This document shows, piece after piece, positions 1-10,180 of a stretch of DNA of 64,000 bases. Made by a program: the position numbers and the translations under genes. The first letter of the stretch is position 1. Each line of letters begins with the position of its first letter. Source of the DNA: Methanotrichaceae archaeon (lineage in GTDB: Archaea; Halobacteriota; Methanosarcinia; Methanotrichales; Methanotrichaceae). The notes below the pieces were generated by a model. The model was not told the DNA's origin. It did not search any database and saw only the letters and a program-made list of their open reading frames with translations. The stretch is taken from assembly GCA_963803145.1 (NCBI GenBank), contig CAWDLW010000015.1, positions 96,001 to 160,000 of the forward strand, given 5' to 3'.

Positions 1-146
1 TGCACCTGAACTTCAGGTGTGAGGCTAGTTTGACCTAGTGCTTTGTATATCCAATCCGGATAACCAGTAGTCATTCCAACAGAACTCGGCAATATAAATA
101 GTGCTAATAATATGAGCACTAACCCAACCATCTCCATCTGTGTCAT
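1..146 (-). CDS. 5' part of a putative secreted/membrane protein (runs off the window)
   Basis: Manual translation from ATG at 146: MTQMEMVGLVLILLALFILPSSVGMTTGYPDWIYKALGQTSLTPEVQV..., open to base 1; hydrophobic signal-peptide-like N-terminus. Confidence 0.55.
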   Translation of the reverse strand, partial: MTQMEMVGLVLILLALFILPSSVGMTTGYPDWIYKALGQTSLTPEVQV

Positions 147-467
147 GAATTGTCTCTTTAAGAATTGCTTGTATTAGTAGATTATTGTTGCCAAATTTTC
201 GCTGATTAAATTAGCATTTTAGAGTGATACAAATGAAATCACACATATTCCTGTTAGCCCAATACGATACATGAGGATCAGTAAAGTATCCGAATATCCT
301 TACGTAGCCGCAATTCTTAAGCATTAAGTCCATAGATGCCGCTCAGGCTTTCTAAGAGAGTCTGATTCTATAACTAATTCTTGAAATATGAGCGCTAATC
401 AAACGGCGGCGCACCCACGCAGCAAGCAGCGGAGGTATTACAATAAAATCAAGTGCAAGTATTTTTT

Positions 468-1763
468 TCATATTGCTTCATGAAGGGCTATTGTGATAGA
501 GTGCTTTTCCGCCAACAAATTTTTAATAATTTCACTTATATTTTCGGAAACATGAGGAGCAGAACCGATCCATCCGTTCTGTACAAGATCTATAAAACTA
601 GTATTGTTGATCCATCTTCCAGCATTGTCATATGAAATAGCTTTACCCCCTCTTGGACCTTTTACAGATTCGGATTCCAAAAGTACCTTCCAGTAAGATA
701 ATGGAAAATACATGCCAGCAGCTAATTCACTTGACATGGGATCTAGTGTTAGTGGTTTGCAGACTTTGAAGAAAAACGGCGCCTCATGTAAACGAAATCC
801 TCTAACAGTAGTTTTTTTGCTAGAAGTATTATATCTAGACTCGAACTCACCCATACGTTTAATTTCCGACATATATGATTTATCACTAAAAGGTCTATAT
901 ACATATTTATAATTTGACTCTCCCTCAGGTTTCATTATTTTATATTGAACTAGAACGAAAGATCGATATTTATAATGATAATATATTAAATCCACGCCTA
1001 ATGTGTGTTCTATACTCGTTCTATTTGTATTTAAAACAATAAGGCGCTCATCATTTTTTCTAAATTCCACTGAAGCGAGAATCGGAGATTCGTTACTAAC
1101 CACCCAATCCGGAAAAACTCTATTATCATGGGAAATAATATTGTCCTCAGATAATTTATATGCCTTAATTCCTTGAAGAAAGGGCGGTACTTCATTATTT
1201 GTATGTAAAGTATAATTCGATAAAAACTTGGACCTATCTATGCCAAAAATCGATAATGCTAATCCTAAAACATCTTTCTCTTGAGCCAATATTTCATAAG
1301 ATCGAGAATCACATATCTCACGGCTATGGTTGATAATATCCTCTAATGAATTGATTTTTGATAAAACATTTGGCTGAATCGCGCCTATGGCTTTTTTAAA
1401 ACTCTTCCACGTCCTTGGAGGCAAACGTCCTCCTCTGACACTAATTATCTTTTTAAAATGGACTTTGACGCTTTTGTCGATTAGGTTTTCTACAGATTCT
1501 ATACTAATGGGGTTAAAGGCATGAACCATCTTAAATTTAACGTGGCATTTATAAGAAGCTGCATTAGAACCCTTCTTCGCCATTGCCACATGCGTAAAAT
1601 TCTTTTCATCAAAAGATAAAATGCATACTTGGTAAGATTTCATTCTCCAATCAGGCGCGCTTAGCACGTCAGAGAATTCATTCGTTTTTTCTATAAGTTC
1701 TATTAATCTTTCAGCTCTTTTCGGCTCATTGAAAATTACTACGTAGCCGTTATTCTCTGGCAT
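468..1763 (-). CDS. Hypothetical protein, possible PD-(D/E)xK-like nuclease
   Basis: 431-aa AT-rich ORF; E..LGVDLIY...VLVQYK resembles the D...QxK core of Mrr-like nucleases. Confidence 0.55.
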   Translation of the reverse strand: MPENNGYVVIFNEPKRAERLIELIEKTNEFSDVLSAPDWRMKSYQVCILSFDEKNFTHVAMAKKGSNAASYKCHVKFKMVHAFNPISIESVENLIDKSVKVHFKKIISVRGGRLPPRTWKSFKKAIGAIQPNVLSKINSLEDIINHSREICDSRSYEILAQEKDVLGLALSIFGIDRSKFLSNYTLHTNNEVPPFLQGIKAYKLSEDNIISHDNRVFPDWVVSNESPILASVEFRKNDERLIVLNTNRTSIEHTLGVDLIYYHYKYRSFVLVQYKIMKPEGESNYKYVYRPFSDKSYMSEIKRMGEFESRYNTSSKKTTVRGFRLHEAPFFFKVCKPLTLDPMSSELAAGMYFPLSYWKVLLESESVKGPRGGKAISYDNAGRWINNTSFIDLVQNGWIGSAPHVSENISEIIKNLLAEKHSITIALHEAI

Positions 1764-1786
1764 TAAAGCACACCCTATTCCAAACT

Positions 1787-2710
1787 CTAAGTTATTTTAC
1801 TCAATTCCTCTTTCCTAAATATCTTCTCCCCCTCAACACTTATGCTTTCAGGTAATCCCCCAAACCTCGCCCTCAAAATCAAATCCCCGATCTCTTCCTG
1901 CATCACCTTAGCTATCCCAATTATCGAAGTCGTCGGCCTCGCATTCACATCTACAGCCCTCGGCAAATCCCCGACCACAAAATCAATTCCCGCATATCCC
2001 CTGAGTCCCAACGCCTTTGCCGCCTTCTCTGCAATTCCCCAGATCTCGTCTGCACGTGGCGTGCGATATGGAACCTGGCTGCCATTGTAGCTGATCTCAT
2101 TTCCATGAAACTCAATTAGCTGCCTGTTAATAGTAAGCGGCAAGAATCCCGCTCGTCCAACGATGAAGCTGGCACTCAGATGCATGCCCTCGTAGTAGCG
2201 TGTAGCGATGTAGCCTTCAGGAGTCCGCGAGCTTGATGAAATATGCACTCCCTCAGAGCCGCAGCCATAGCGGGGCTTTATGACATATTGGCGGCATCCG
2301 CAAGCGCAGGGCTCAGGCCCCTCGGCAATCTCAGCCACGGGAACACCGCTCTCCTTCAGCACCTTGGTACAGGCAAGCTTGTCTGCACAGAGCTTTGCAG
2401 CTTCAGGGCTAGAGCCGAGGTTCACTGTATTCTTTTCCAATATTTCCAGGAAATGCGGCTGCATATCATCTGGAGCAATCAATAGCCCTGCATCCGCCTT
2501 GGCTGACCTAAGAAAATCCTCAAAATCTTTTGGGCATTTTATAAGAACAGGTCGGCCTGCGCCTATCTCGGGCCCTGAAGTTGGATAAATAACATCATGG
2601 CCGCACCTCTGGAAGCTTGACACAAGCGTCGAGAGCATTGCCCTGCCTTCGATCTCGCATGTGCCACCCATACCAATTGCTGATGCGTACTCAGCTACCA
2701 GTATGTTCAT
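1787..2710 (-). CDS. ATP-grasp protein, tyramine--L-glutamate ligase (MfnD)-like
   Basis: N-terminal ILVAEYA..EGRAML, LLIAPD, ADK, VIKPRYGCGSEG, GYAGIDFV, DVNARPTTS. Confidence 0.75.
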   Translation of the reverse strand: MNILVAEYASAIGMGGTCEIEGRAMLSTLVSSFQRCGHDVIYPTSGPEIGAGRPVLIKCPKDFEDFLRSAKADAGLLIAPDDMQPHFLEILEKNTVNLGSSPEAAKLCADKLACTKVLKESGVPVAEIAEGPEPCACGCRQYVIKPRYGCGSEGVHISSSSRTPEGYIATRYYEGMHLSASFIVGRAGFLPLTINRQLIEFHGNEISYNGSQVPYRTPRADEIWGIAEKAAKALGLRGYAGIDFVVGDLPRAVDVNARPTTSIIGIAKVMQEEIGDLILRARFGGLPESISVEGEKIFRKEELSKIT

Positions 2711-2760
2711 CTAAGATCCTCAACGGCAATTATATTACTACTTTTAACGCAAGTAATTTT

Positions 2761-2828
2761 CTTTGTGCCTTTGTGTCTTCGTGGTTAAGTTCAGCTCGTG
2801 CTCACCACAAAGGCACAAAGACACAAAG
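2761..2828. repeat. Imperfect 25-bp inverted repeat built from 8-bp CTTTGTGy units (REP/MITE-like or terminator)
   Basis: CTTTGTGCCTTTGTGTCTTCGTGGT (2761-2785) vs ACCACAAAGGCACAAAGACACAAAG (2804-2828), 22/25 complementary. Confidence 0.85.
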
Positions 2829-2867
2829 AGCCTTTACGATATCAGGGATTTGAGATGAGATCTCACT

Positions 2868-4343
2868 TCAGTACTGCCTTGCCATGTAAGTCCGCTTTGT
2901 AGTCTTCGTGCCGCAGACAGCGCAAGGCATCTCTGGGAATGTCTGGTACTGAGGCTCGCCAAGCATATTCGCTTCTACCTGATCCTCAAGATTATGGCCG
3001 CAGTCTTCAGAGCCGCACCAGGGCACAATAGCGACGCCCTGCAGCGTCTGAGCCTTAGCCTTATCGATGCTTTCCACCTCTCGGATCTTGCTCTTCATGA
3101 ACTGCTCTGCCTTGTCGTAAAGCGCGGTCTGAAGCTCATTTGCCTCATTCGCAATAGCCGAAAGCAAATCGCTCATGGGCACTGCCTTCTTTACGCCGTC
3201 TCGGCGGGCCAAAGTAACGACGCCCTTCTGTATATCCCTCGGTCCAACCTCCAAGCGGATAGGCACGCCCTTCAACTCCCACTTATAGAACTTGGCACCT
3301 GGTCGCTCATCAGTTGTATCCAGCTTGACTCTGACACATGCCCCGGCGAGCGCTTGCCTCAGGTTCTCTGCAGTCTCCAGCACCTTCTCCTTATCACCCA
3401 GTAGTATGGGCACGATTACAACCTGAACGGGCGCAACCTCCCAGGGCAGCACTAAGCCCTTATCATCGCCATGAACTGACACCAAGGCGGCAATGCAGCG
3501 TTCGGATATGCCGTAGCAGGTCTGATTGATGAGCTTCTGTTCCCCGTTCTCATCCTCATAAGTGATATCGTAAGTCTTGGCAAAGGTTGAGCCAAGATGA
3601 TGAGCAGTCCCAACCTGCAGTGTTTTCCCATCCGGCATCACAGCATCTATGGCTGTCGTATAATCTGCGCCGGGGAACTTATCCCAGCTCGGCCTGCGGC
3701 TGACTAAGAAGGGTATGGCAAGACGGTTGTAGAACTTAGAGTATCTCTGTATCGCTACCTCGACCTGTTCAGCAGCCTCATCCCAGGTGGCATGCGCTGT
3801 ATGCGCCTCCTTGAATGATGAGATCTCTCTATCGCGGATCAAAGGCCTCGTGTGCTTGGTCTCATACCTGAAAGTGTTGACGATCTGGTAGATCTTTAAC
3901 GGCAGATCTGCATGAGACCTTATCCACAGCTTGAACATCGGGTAGATCGCGGTCTCGCTCGTTGGCCGGAGAGCGAGATTCACGTCCAGTGGAGAAGTTC
4001 CGCCCCGCGTCACCCAGTAAACTTCGTCCTCGAAGCCCTTTATGTGCTGGGCCTCCTTCATGAACTCATTCTCAGGGATCAGGAGAGGAAACTCAGCTTC
4101 CTGATGGTCCACATCCAAAAGCTGGCGAATTATCCCATAGACGCTCTTTCTTATGGCATAACCAAATGGGAACCAGACAGACATTCCCTTCACGGGATAG
4201 CGGTTATCAATGATCTCCGCTAACCTTAGAAGCTCATGGTACCATTCGCTGAAATCCTCCTTGGGAGGAAGCTTCTTGCTCTCAGCTTTGGATTCCGCCG
4301 CTTTGGAATCAGTTATCTTGGAAATTGTTTTGGTGTCGGTCAT
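2868..4343 (-). CDS. proS: Proline--tRNA ligase (archaeal/eukaryotic type)
   Basis: [41 protein letters not shown]; C-terminal Zn-binding Cys. Confidence 0.97.
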   Translation of the reverse strand: MTDTKTISKITDSKAAESKAESKKLPPKEDFSEWYHELLRLAEIIDNRYPVKGMSVWFPFGYAIRKSVYGIIRQLLDVDHQEAEFPLLIPENEFMKEAQHIKGFEDEVYWVTRGGTSPLDVNLALRPTSETAIYPMFKLWIRSHADLPLKIYQIVNTFRYETKHTRPLIRDREISSFKEAHTAHATWDEAAEQVEVAIQRYSKFYNRLAIPFLVSRRPSWDKFPGADYTTAIDAVMPDGKTLQVGTAHHLGSTFAKTYDITYEDENGEQKLINQTCYGISERCIAALVSVHGDDKGLVLPWEVAPVQVVIVPILLGDKEKVLETAENLRQALAGACVRVKLDTTDERPGAKFYKWELKGVPIRLEVGPRDIQKGVVTLARRDGVKKAVPMSDLLSAIANEANELQTALYDKAEQFMKSKIREVESIDKAKAQTLQGVAIVPWCGSEDCGHNLEDQVEANMLGEPQYQTFPEMPCAVCGTKTTKRTYMARQY

Positions 4344-4924
4344 TTAACCACCGATATGACGATGGGTGTTATGAATGTCTCGATAGCCGCAGCCAGGAGC
4401 AGCAGTGGCGTAACCCATCTTACTAGAAAATGGATTGCAATTCTTATCTCTTGCGCCAGGTTGACCTTCTCTCCGAACACTGTCAGTGCGAGAAGATATC
4501 CAAGCCTTAAGCCTATGCCTATGCTCATAAGCACAGTGGGCAGCTCGATTACACCATGAGGAACAACACCTGCTAGGAAATAGAGAAGACCCTCTTTCTG
4601 GAGCACGTTATAGAGCACAATGCCCAGCAGGAAGCCATTGGATGTATCGACTATCAGAGGTACTATGCCCATTCCGAGGCCAAGAAGAACAGACATAATG
4701 CATGAAAGAAGGTTTTTAAGGAATATCACTACCATTAAGAGGGGTAACGGTAGCTGCGTGATCCATTTCAGCATCTGAAACTCCTGCAGCATGCTTGTTG
4801 CTAGATCAGAGTTTAACTGTGCAGCATAATAACCCATCACGACGGTGACTGCAAAAATAAGTACCGATATCCCTATGAAGACACGGATTGACTTCAGATA
4901 TGCTATATCATCCTTGAAAGACAA
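4340..4924 (-). CDS. SpoIIM/DUF95 family membrane protein
   Basis: [28 protein letters not shown] motifs. Confidence 0.88.
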   Translation of the reverse strand: MSFKDDIAYLKSIRVFIGISVLIFAVTVVMGYYAAQLNSDLATSMLQEFQMLKWITQLPLPLLMVVIFLKNLLSCIMSVLLGLGMGIVPLIVDTSNGFLLGIVLYNVLQKEGLLYFLAGVVPHGVIELPTVLMSIGIGLRLGYLLALTVFGEKVNLAQEIRIAIHFLVRWVTPLLLLAAAIETFITPIVISVVK

Positions 4925-4961
4925 TTGAATATCTCCAATCTAATCTATCCTGCCCTGGCAT

Positions 4962-5852
4962 TTATATAAGGTTGGCGCGGTTTCGTGCCAAGGATAAAAA
5001 TATATAAAATATGGTCTCGCCCAGTATGCAGACTGCGATTGGTATCCCTGCCTCATGTCCAAAGAGCGCAATTGAGATGGCGGCGGCCAGACCGAGATTT
5101 TTGTAAGAGCTGAAAAGAGTATATGATATACCCTTTGGATAATCAACTCCTGTAAACCTCGCCAATAGATAGACGACTGTGCCTATGAGAAATGTCCTTG
5201 CAAACGCGATTGCAGCCATTGGCCGTATATATCCGAATATATCAGCGCTGTTCAGGCCCACGACAGTATAATTGATAAGAAAGAATCCTGCATTTATAGG
5301 CAGCACTGGATCGAGCTTAATATGCCTGATCTGCCTCAACCTGGATGTGAAAATGGGCAGAAGTATTACTAGCGTAGATATCTCGAACACATATAACAGA
5401 TCGACCCCGCTCTTGCTTGCAAAAACGAAGATTATCCCCGGAATGAGAATGATACCTGCAGCATAACATAACACCTCGCCATATAGAGATAGCTTAACTT
5501 CTCCCCCCAAGAGCTTTGTGAGCGGCATAACAGCTATTGCAGGCGGAACTGCCGCCATAACAACGAGACCGTAGCGTAGTTTTTCCTCAGGAAGCGTATA
5601 TGATAGCAGTAATATTAAGCCTGACAGAAGAATATAATTCATCACAAAGCAGTACAAAGCTCCGCGCAGATCGCCTTTGGTTCTGAAGTCTATCTCAGTG
5701 AGAGAGAATGTCATCATCACTATGAGTGCAGGCGTGACCAATGGCTCGGTATATCTCGCTCCCTCAGGCAGAATAAATCCGAGGATTATGGATATGGCAA
5801 AGATAAATGAGGAGTTTTTGAGCAGCTGAAGGTATGTTTGCACGTTCACCAT
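4962..5852 (-). CDS. Bile acid:sodium symporter (BASS) family transporter
   Basis: Multi-TM; AVPPAIA and YKNLGLA motifs. Confidence 0.8.
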   Translation of the reverse strand: MVNVQTYLQLLKNSSFIFAISIILGFILPEGARYTEPLVTPALIVMMTFSLTEIDFRTKGDLRGALYCFVMNYILLSGLILLLSYTLPEEKLRYGLVVMAAVPPAIAVMPLTKLLGGEVKLSLYGEVLCYAAGIILIPGIIFVFASKSGVDLLYVFEISTLVILLPIFTSRLRQIRHIKLDPVLPINAGFFLINYTVVGLNSADIFGYIRPMAAIAFARTFLIGTVVYLLARFTGVDYPKGISYTLFSSYKNLGLAAAISIALFGHEAGIPIAVCILGETIFYIFLSLARNRANLI

Positions 5853-5871
5853 CGAGTTTATGTGTTTTTGC

Positions 5872-6483
5872 CTATCTTGCCCCCACTAGATAATACAGCC
5901 CAAAGAGCATAAGGAAGCCGCCGCAGACCGCCAGAATCCTCTGATAATTGGCATCGGACAGGATCCCTCTGCTCCGGCCCAGGCTAGTTGAGACAAAAGT
6001 GTACCACCCGAAGTCTGCACCCCAGTGGCCGATCATGAAAAGGCTGGCCATGATCAGGCCGCCTTTAAGGCCGGCTATCACAAAAGCGCTTCCAACGCTT
6101 AACCACCATATCCAGAAGTATGGGTTTGCAGCGCTTGTAAGTATTCCTGCAACATAAGGGCTGCCTATTTTATCCTTAGAGGGAACGGCTATTGTTGCGG
6201 TTCTGCTTCCTTTTATAGTTAACAGCCCAAATGCTATCAAGGCTACACCGCCAATGAGTGCAATGAAGCGCGAGTAATGGTTGGCGGCTGTTGCAAGCCC
6301 AAGAATGATCAAGAGAAAAATCAGCAATTCAGTAAAAGCATGTCCGATAAATACTTTGGGGCCCGCTGTCCAGCCTGTTTTAAGTGAGGAATCAATAGTT
6401 GCAACAAGCGTAGGTCCGGGCGCAAGAGCTCCTGTAAGGCCAATGACGAACGATGTGATGAGCAACTCGATTATCTCGTACAT
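5872..6483 (-). CDS. LysE family translocator
   Basis: ALAPGP, G-GH-E, ANPYFWIWW motifs. Confidence 0.9.
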   Translation of the reverse strand: MYEIIELLITSFVIGLTGALAPGPTLVATIDSSLKTGWTAGPKVFIGHAFTELLIFLLIILGLATAANHYSRFIALIGGVALIAFGLLTIKGSRTATIAVPSKDKIGSPYVAGILTSAANPYFWIWWLSVGSAFVIAGLKGGLIMASLFMIGHWGADFGWYTFVSTSLGRSRGILSDANYQRILAVCGGFLMLFGLYYLVGAR

Positions 6484-6552
6484 TTTTAGTCCAACCTCTG
6501 TTCACACGGCAAAAAAGCCTTCGCAATAAAAGAGCCATTTAAAACCCAGAAA

Positions 6553-6625
6553 TGGACAGGTCGGGATTTGAACCCGAGGCCTCTACCATGCCAAGGTAGC
6601 GATCTTCCAGCTGATCTACCTGCCC
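6553..6625 (-). tRNA. tRNA-Ala(GGC)
   Basis: GGGCAGG/CCTGTCC acceptor stem, anticodon arm CTACC-TTGGCAT-GGTAG, T-loop GGTTCAAATCC; no intron. Confidence 0.95.
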
Positions 6626-6809
6626 AAGCTACACGAAGGTTGACAAAGAGGCAAATAAACATGTCGGTAGGATTGATGGATAACTTGCTATTCTACCGTT
6701 TACGACTAAGCATTTCAGCATTCTTGGCACTAGATGATATCAGCAATAGATATCACCAATAGGCAGCATCCAACTCTGTAGCCATTTCAGAAAAGCGTAA
6801 TCTGCTGTA

Positions 6810-8360
6810 CTAATGCTGCGCGATAATAGGTTGTGTGCTGGCTTTCTCCTGAGGACTTGAGAAGCGCGCCTCTACATCCTTACGATGAATTGTGTTGTAT
6901 GAGCAGAATGGAATTATCCTGCCGTCGGGCGTAGCGTAATGAACCCCACATCTCTGCAGCCGTTCTAGGTCCATATTGTATGCATCCTGGAAATGCATGG
7001 CCCCTAGGAAAAGCGTCTTGTTATGAAACTCTATCAAAGACTCTCGTGTACCTGTCACAAAAACACTTAACAGCATTTTGGTTATATTCAGATCGGTTGG
7101 AACTTTTGCTTCATCCACGAATCTTGGCAGATCTTTAAGGATCATGCCTTTCATTTTTAGCTTGCTTAGGCTCGATCCATTGGATCCACTGAAACCGTTA
7201 ACCTCTCGTCGGATCTTTTCAAGGAGGCCTTCGACATCAAGGAAACGGGTTATTGGAATTAGCTTTCCATTGAACCTGTATACATATGTCGCAGCACCAC
7301 AGCAGGGATGTACTGTAAACGTTGGCTGTGGCCAGCCAGTCTCTGCTGCTATGAGCTGTGATATGGGGGCCACGAAGGGTACGGGATAGAAATCATCTTT
7401 AGTAATCTCGTTATCGGTTTGATCCTCTAGAAGCTTGAGAAAATCAGGTATTGTTATTCTCTTGGATGCTCTTTCCTGCTGATCGACTCTTCCCGTGAAT
7501 GAGACCGGCTGGAAATTTATACCTTTGACTATATCCAGCTTGCCTGATGCAAACCTGACGATATCCCCTACTTGATCGTCGTTAACACCTTTGGCCAATG
7601 TTGGAACCAAAACTACGCTGCTCTGTCCTGCCATTTTTAGATTTTCGATCGCCTTTTGCTTTATGAGGAGGAGATCGCGGCCTCGAAGCGCCTTATAAGG
7701 CTCGGGGGTCACTCCGTCGAACTGCAGGTAAACTGTGTTCAATCCATTTTGTACAAGGCATTTGCAATACTCAGAGCTCGACGCCAGACGTAAGCCATTT
7801 GTGGCTATCTGAACCTGGGCAAAACCTGCCATCCGGGCCATATTTAAAATTTCAGGCAAGTCGTCACGTATAGTCGGCTCGCCTCCTGAAAACTGGATTG
7901 CAGGACAAGGTGCAGGTTTCTCTGAGCGAAGGTTGAGCATCATGGATTGAATCTGCTCTAAAGTAGGCTCATAGACCCGTCCTCCTGCATTGGCAAAACA
8001 GATTGGACAGGCTAAATTGCATCTATTAGTTATATCGATATTTCCGAGAAGAGTGCTTGTCTTGTGATTATGGCAGATACCACAGTCATATGGACAGCCT
8101 TTTCCAGTGGAGTCGCTCGAGTTATCGATGCCGGACCCATCAAACCAGTAACTTCTGAATCTTTTGTAAAGCGCCGCATCTGACCAATAGATATCCTTGA
8201 ACTCGCCATGCCCCGGACATCTCTTCCACATGAAAACTTTTCCATCTTCCCGGAATATGAAGGCGGGTATGACTTTGAAGCAGACTGGACAAATAGATGA
8301 GACCGTTTTATCAATGGCTGTTAGCGGCATAATAACATAGATGACATTCGACGGAAACAC
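6810..8360 (-). CDS. Radical SAM protein of the tetraether lipid synthase (Tes/GDGT-MAS, MJ0619) family; start may be a few codons downstream
   Basis: N-terminal SICPVC..KRCPGHG, GCPYDCGICHNH, CNLACPICFA SAM motif, C-terminal HPCCG, MHFQDAYN, RCGVHYATPDGRIIPFC. Confidence 0.85.
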   Translation of the reverse strand: MFPSNVIYVIMPLTAIDKTVSSICPVCFKVIPAFIFREDGKVFMWKRCPGHGEFKDIYWSDAALYKRFRSYWFDGSGIDNSSDSTGKGCPYDCGICHNHKTSTLLGNIDITNRCNLACPICFANAGGRVYEPTLEQIQSMMLNLRSEKPAPCPAIQFSGGEPTIRDDLPEILNMARMAGFAQVQIATNGLRLASSSEYCKCLVQNGLNTVYLQFDGVTPEPYKALRGRDLLLIKQKAIENLKMAGQSSVVLVPTLAKGVNDDQVGDIVRFASGKLDIVKGINFQPVSFTGRVDQQERASKRITIPDFLKLLEDQTDNEITKDDFYPVPFVAPISQLIAAETGWPQPTFTVHPCCGAATYVYRFNGKLIPITRFLDVEGLLEKIRREVNGFSGSNGSSLSKLKMKGMILKDLPRFVDEAKVPTDLNITKMLLSVFVTGTRESLIEFHNKTLFLGAMHFQDAYNMDLERLQRCGVHYATPDGRIIPFCSYNTIHRKDVEARFSSPQEKASTQPIIAQH

Positions 8361-8614
8361 ATATAAAGATTATGCCCCAAGTTACTTTTAAGGCTCGAAG
8401 AGAGCGCTAGGGAATCACTTTATGATATGGGGCTCTTGTATGTTAGTGAGAAATACACATCATTTTTTTCAAAATAGAGATAGAATGACATTATATTCTG
8501 TATTAAGTAAAGAGATAATATCACAAGCCTCTCAAAAAGCGTAAATCGCATGATATAATCGAAGTTTGGCGCCCGTATTGATACTCAACGAGCAATATCG
8601 CCAGCGGAGGCATT

Positions 8615-9701
8615 TATAGTCATTCTCCCAACTTTTTACCTTATAAACTGCTTTATCCAAGACTTAGAGTATCCATCTTTATTGGAATAAAATATTTGTA
8701 AAGCGCAATCTTGGGCATCCTCAATAGCTTCATCAAAATCAGTATATTTTGATATCTCTCTTTTAAAATCCTTCCAACCGAACTCTATAGGATTTAAATC
8801 AGGGGAATATGGCACGTTATATATTAAATGGATATCAAGTTCGTGGGCTAATGCCCTAAACTTCTTAGCTAGATGTATTCTAGCATTATCTAGGACAATA
8901 CATATTGGTCTCATAATATTGTTACTTCTCAATTTTTGGGCGAAGATCATTAAATCTTCTTTCTTGGATGAGTGAGAGACCATAACTTCATCATTTCCAT
9001 TCAATGCAATGAACCCAAAAACAGTTCTAGACCTAACTTTTCCAGGTTGATAATTTAGCATATGGGTGTTTAAAACCCTGCGTGTATTAGGTCGCTGTTG
9101 CAAAGAGCTTTCATCAAGGAATCCAATAATAGGTTCTTTGACTGTTGTTATTACTGAATCTATCCTTTTTTTAGAAAACTTTCTGCATTAACAGGCCTCT
9201 TATTATTTCTAATATATGGTTTACCATATTTGACTTTCTTTATTGATCTTAAAATCTTCCAACCACCTTTATACGAATATTCTACGCCTCTTGTGTCTTT
9301 TGCATATTTTATTACCTCTTTTATAGTCATTCCTTTGTCCTCAATCTCTTCGATAATTTTATCCCATTCATCAAAAGATATCATTGGTTCTTTGCCGTTT
9401 CTATTCTGTGGTATCAATCCATCATATCCTTGTTTGTTCCAATCGCTTAGCCAATTCTTTATTGTCTTTTCACTTCGTTTAAGAATATCAGCTACTATAT
9501 ATACATTCTTTCCTTCGTATAAATGTATTATCGCTAGTAGCCGTTCTTTAATTCTTATGTTTCTCTCATCTTTATACAATTGATCTAATTCTACCTTCGA
9601 GATATGTCTTACAATTACAGGTTTCCTGCCCATGAACGGCTATATCGTATATTAATTATTTAAGGGTATCTATGAGGTAAAAATTACGTGGATTAACTAT
9701 A
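8615..9701 (-). mobile_element. IS630-family insertion sequence (coordinates include the flanking TA duplication)
   Basis: Ends TATAGTCATTC (8615) and GATTAACTATA (to 9701) are imperfect inverted repeats with TA termini; strongly AT-rich; split transposase. Confidence 0.88.
8636..9633 (-). CDS. IS630 transposase, OrfA (9160-9633) joined to OrfB by a -1 frameshift
   Basis: HTH OrfA ends CTA AAA AAA GGA TAG; the -1 frame reads RIDSV..GFLDES..IVLDNARIH..YSPDLNPIEFGW (DDE triad). Confidence 0.88.
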
Positions 9702-10180
9702 ATAAAATTGGCGGAAGGATTTAGGAAAAATTCATCCTCCAAAAATATTATGCCCCATCCGAAGATCGTCGCAGTGCTGAAGGAAACAATAACATCTGGC
9801 AGCTATTCGACAGGATGATCTTTGTGGATCCAGTGAACATTCGCAGATGCTAAGGGTGCAGCTATATTGCCATTACTACTATTAGGATTGATTATCTCTT
9901 TAAGGCTGATATAAAGAAGGCATCCGCTGATGTGAAATCCGACGTTAGGGCCGGTACAGAGAAGTCGAGAGCTGAAGCAGAGCGCCAGAGCGCACATGCG
10001 AAAGCTGATGCCGAGAAAGCCAAGGCTGATGCTGAAAAGGCGAGGCACACTTACTAAATAGGATGACTAATTAGGGCAACTGGAGGATGCCAGAGGTTTT
10101 CAGCCTCTGGAACTCTTGTCCACAGATTGTTTTTACGTATTCCCTAAAATATCCCAAACGGCTTTCCTTTATTCTAGAAG

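Noticed and set aside
385-465. GC-rich patch after the nuclease-like gene as an integron attC site
   Set aside because: No convincing RYYYAAC/GTTRRRY ends or paired arms; no integrase. The CAGCGGAGG match to ~8602 is too short to be meaningful
6553-6625. tRNA-Ala as an integration site for an island
   Set aside because: No duplicated tRNA 3' end or integrase seen in the window; flanking genes look core-like
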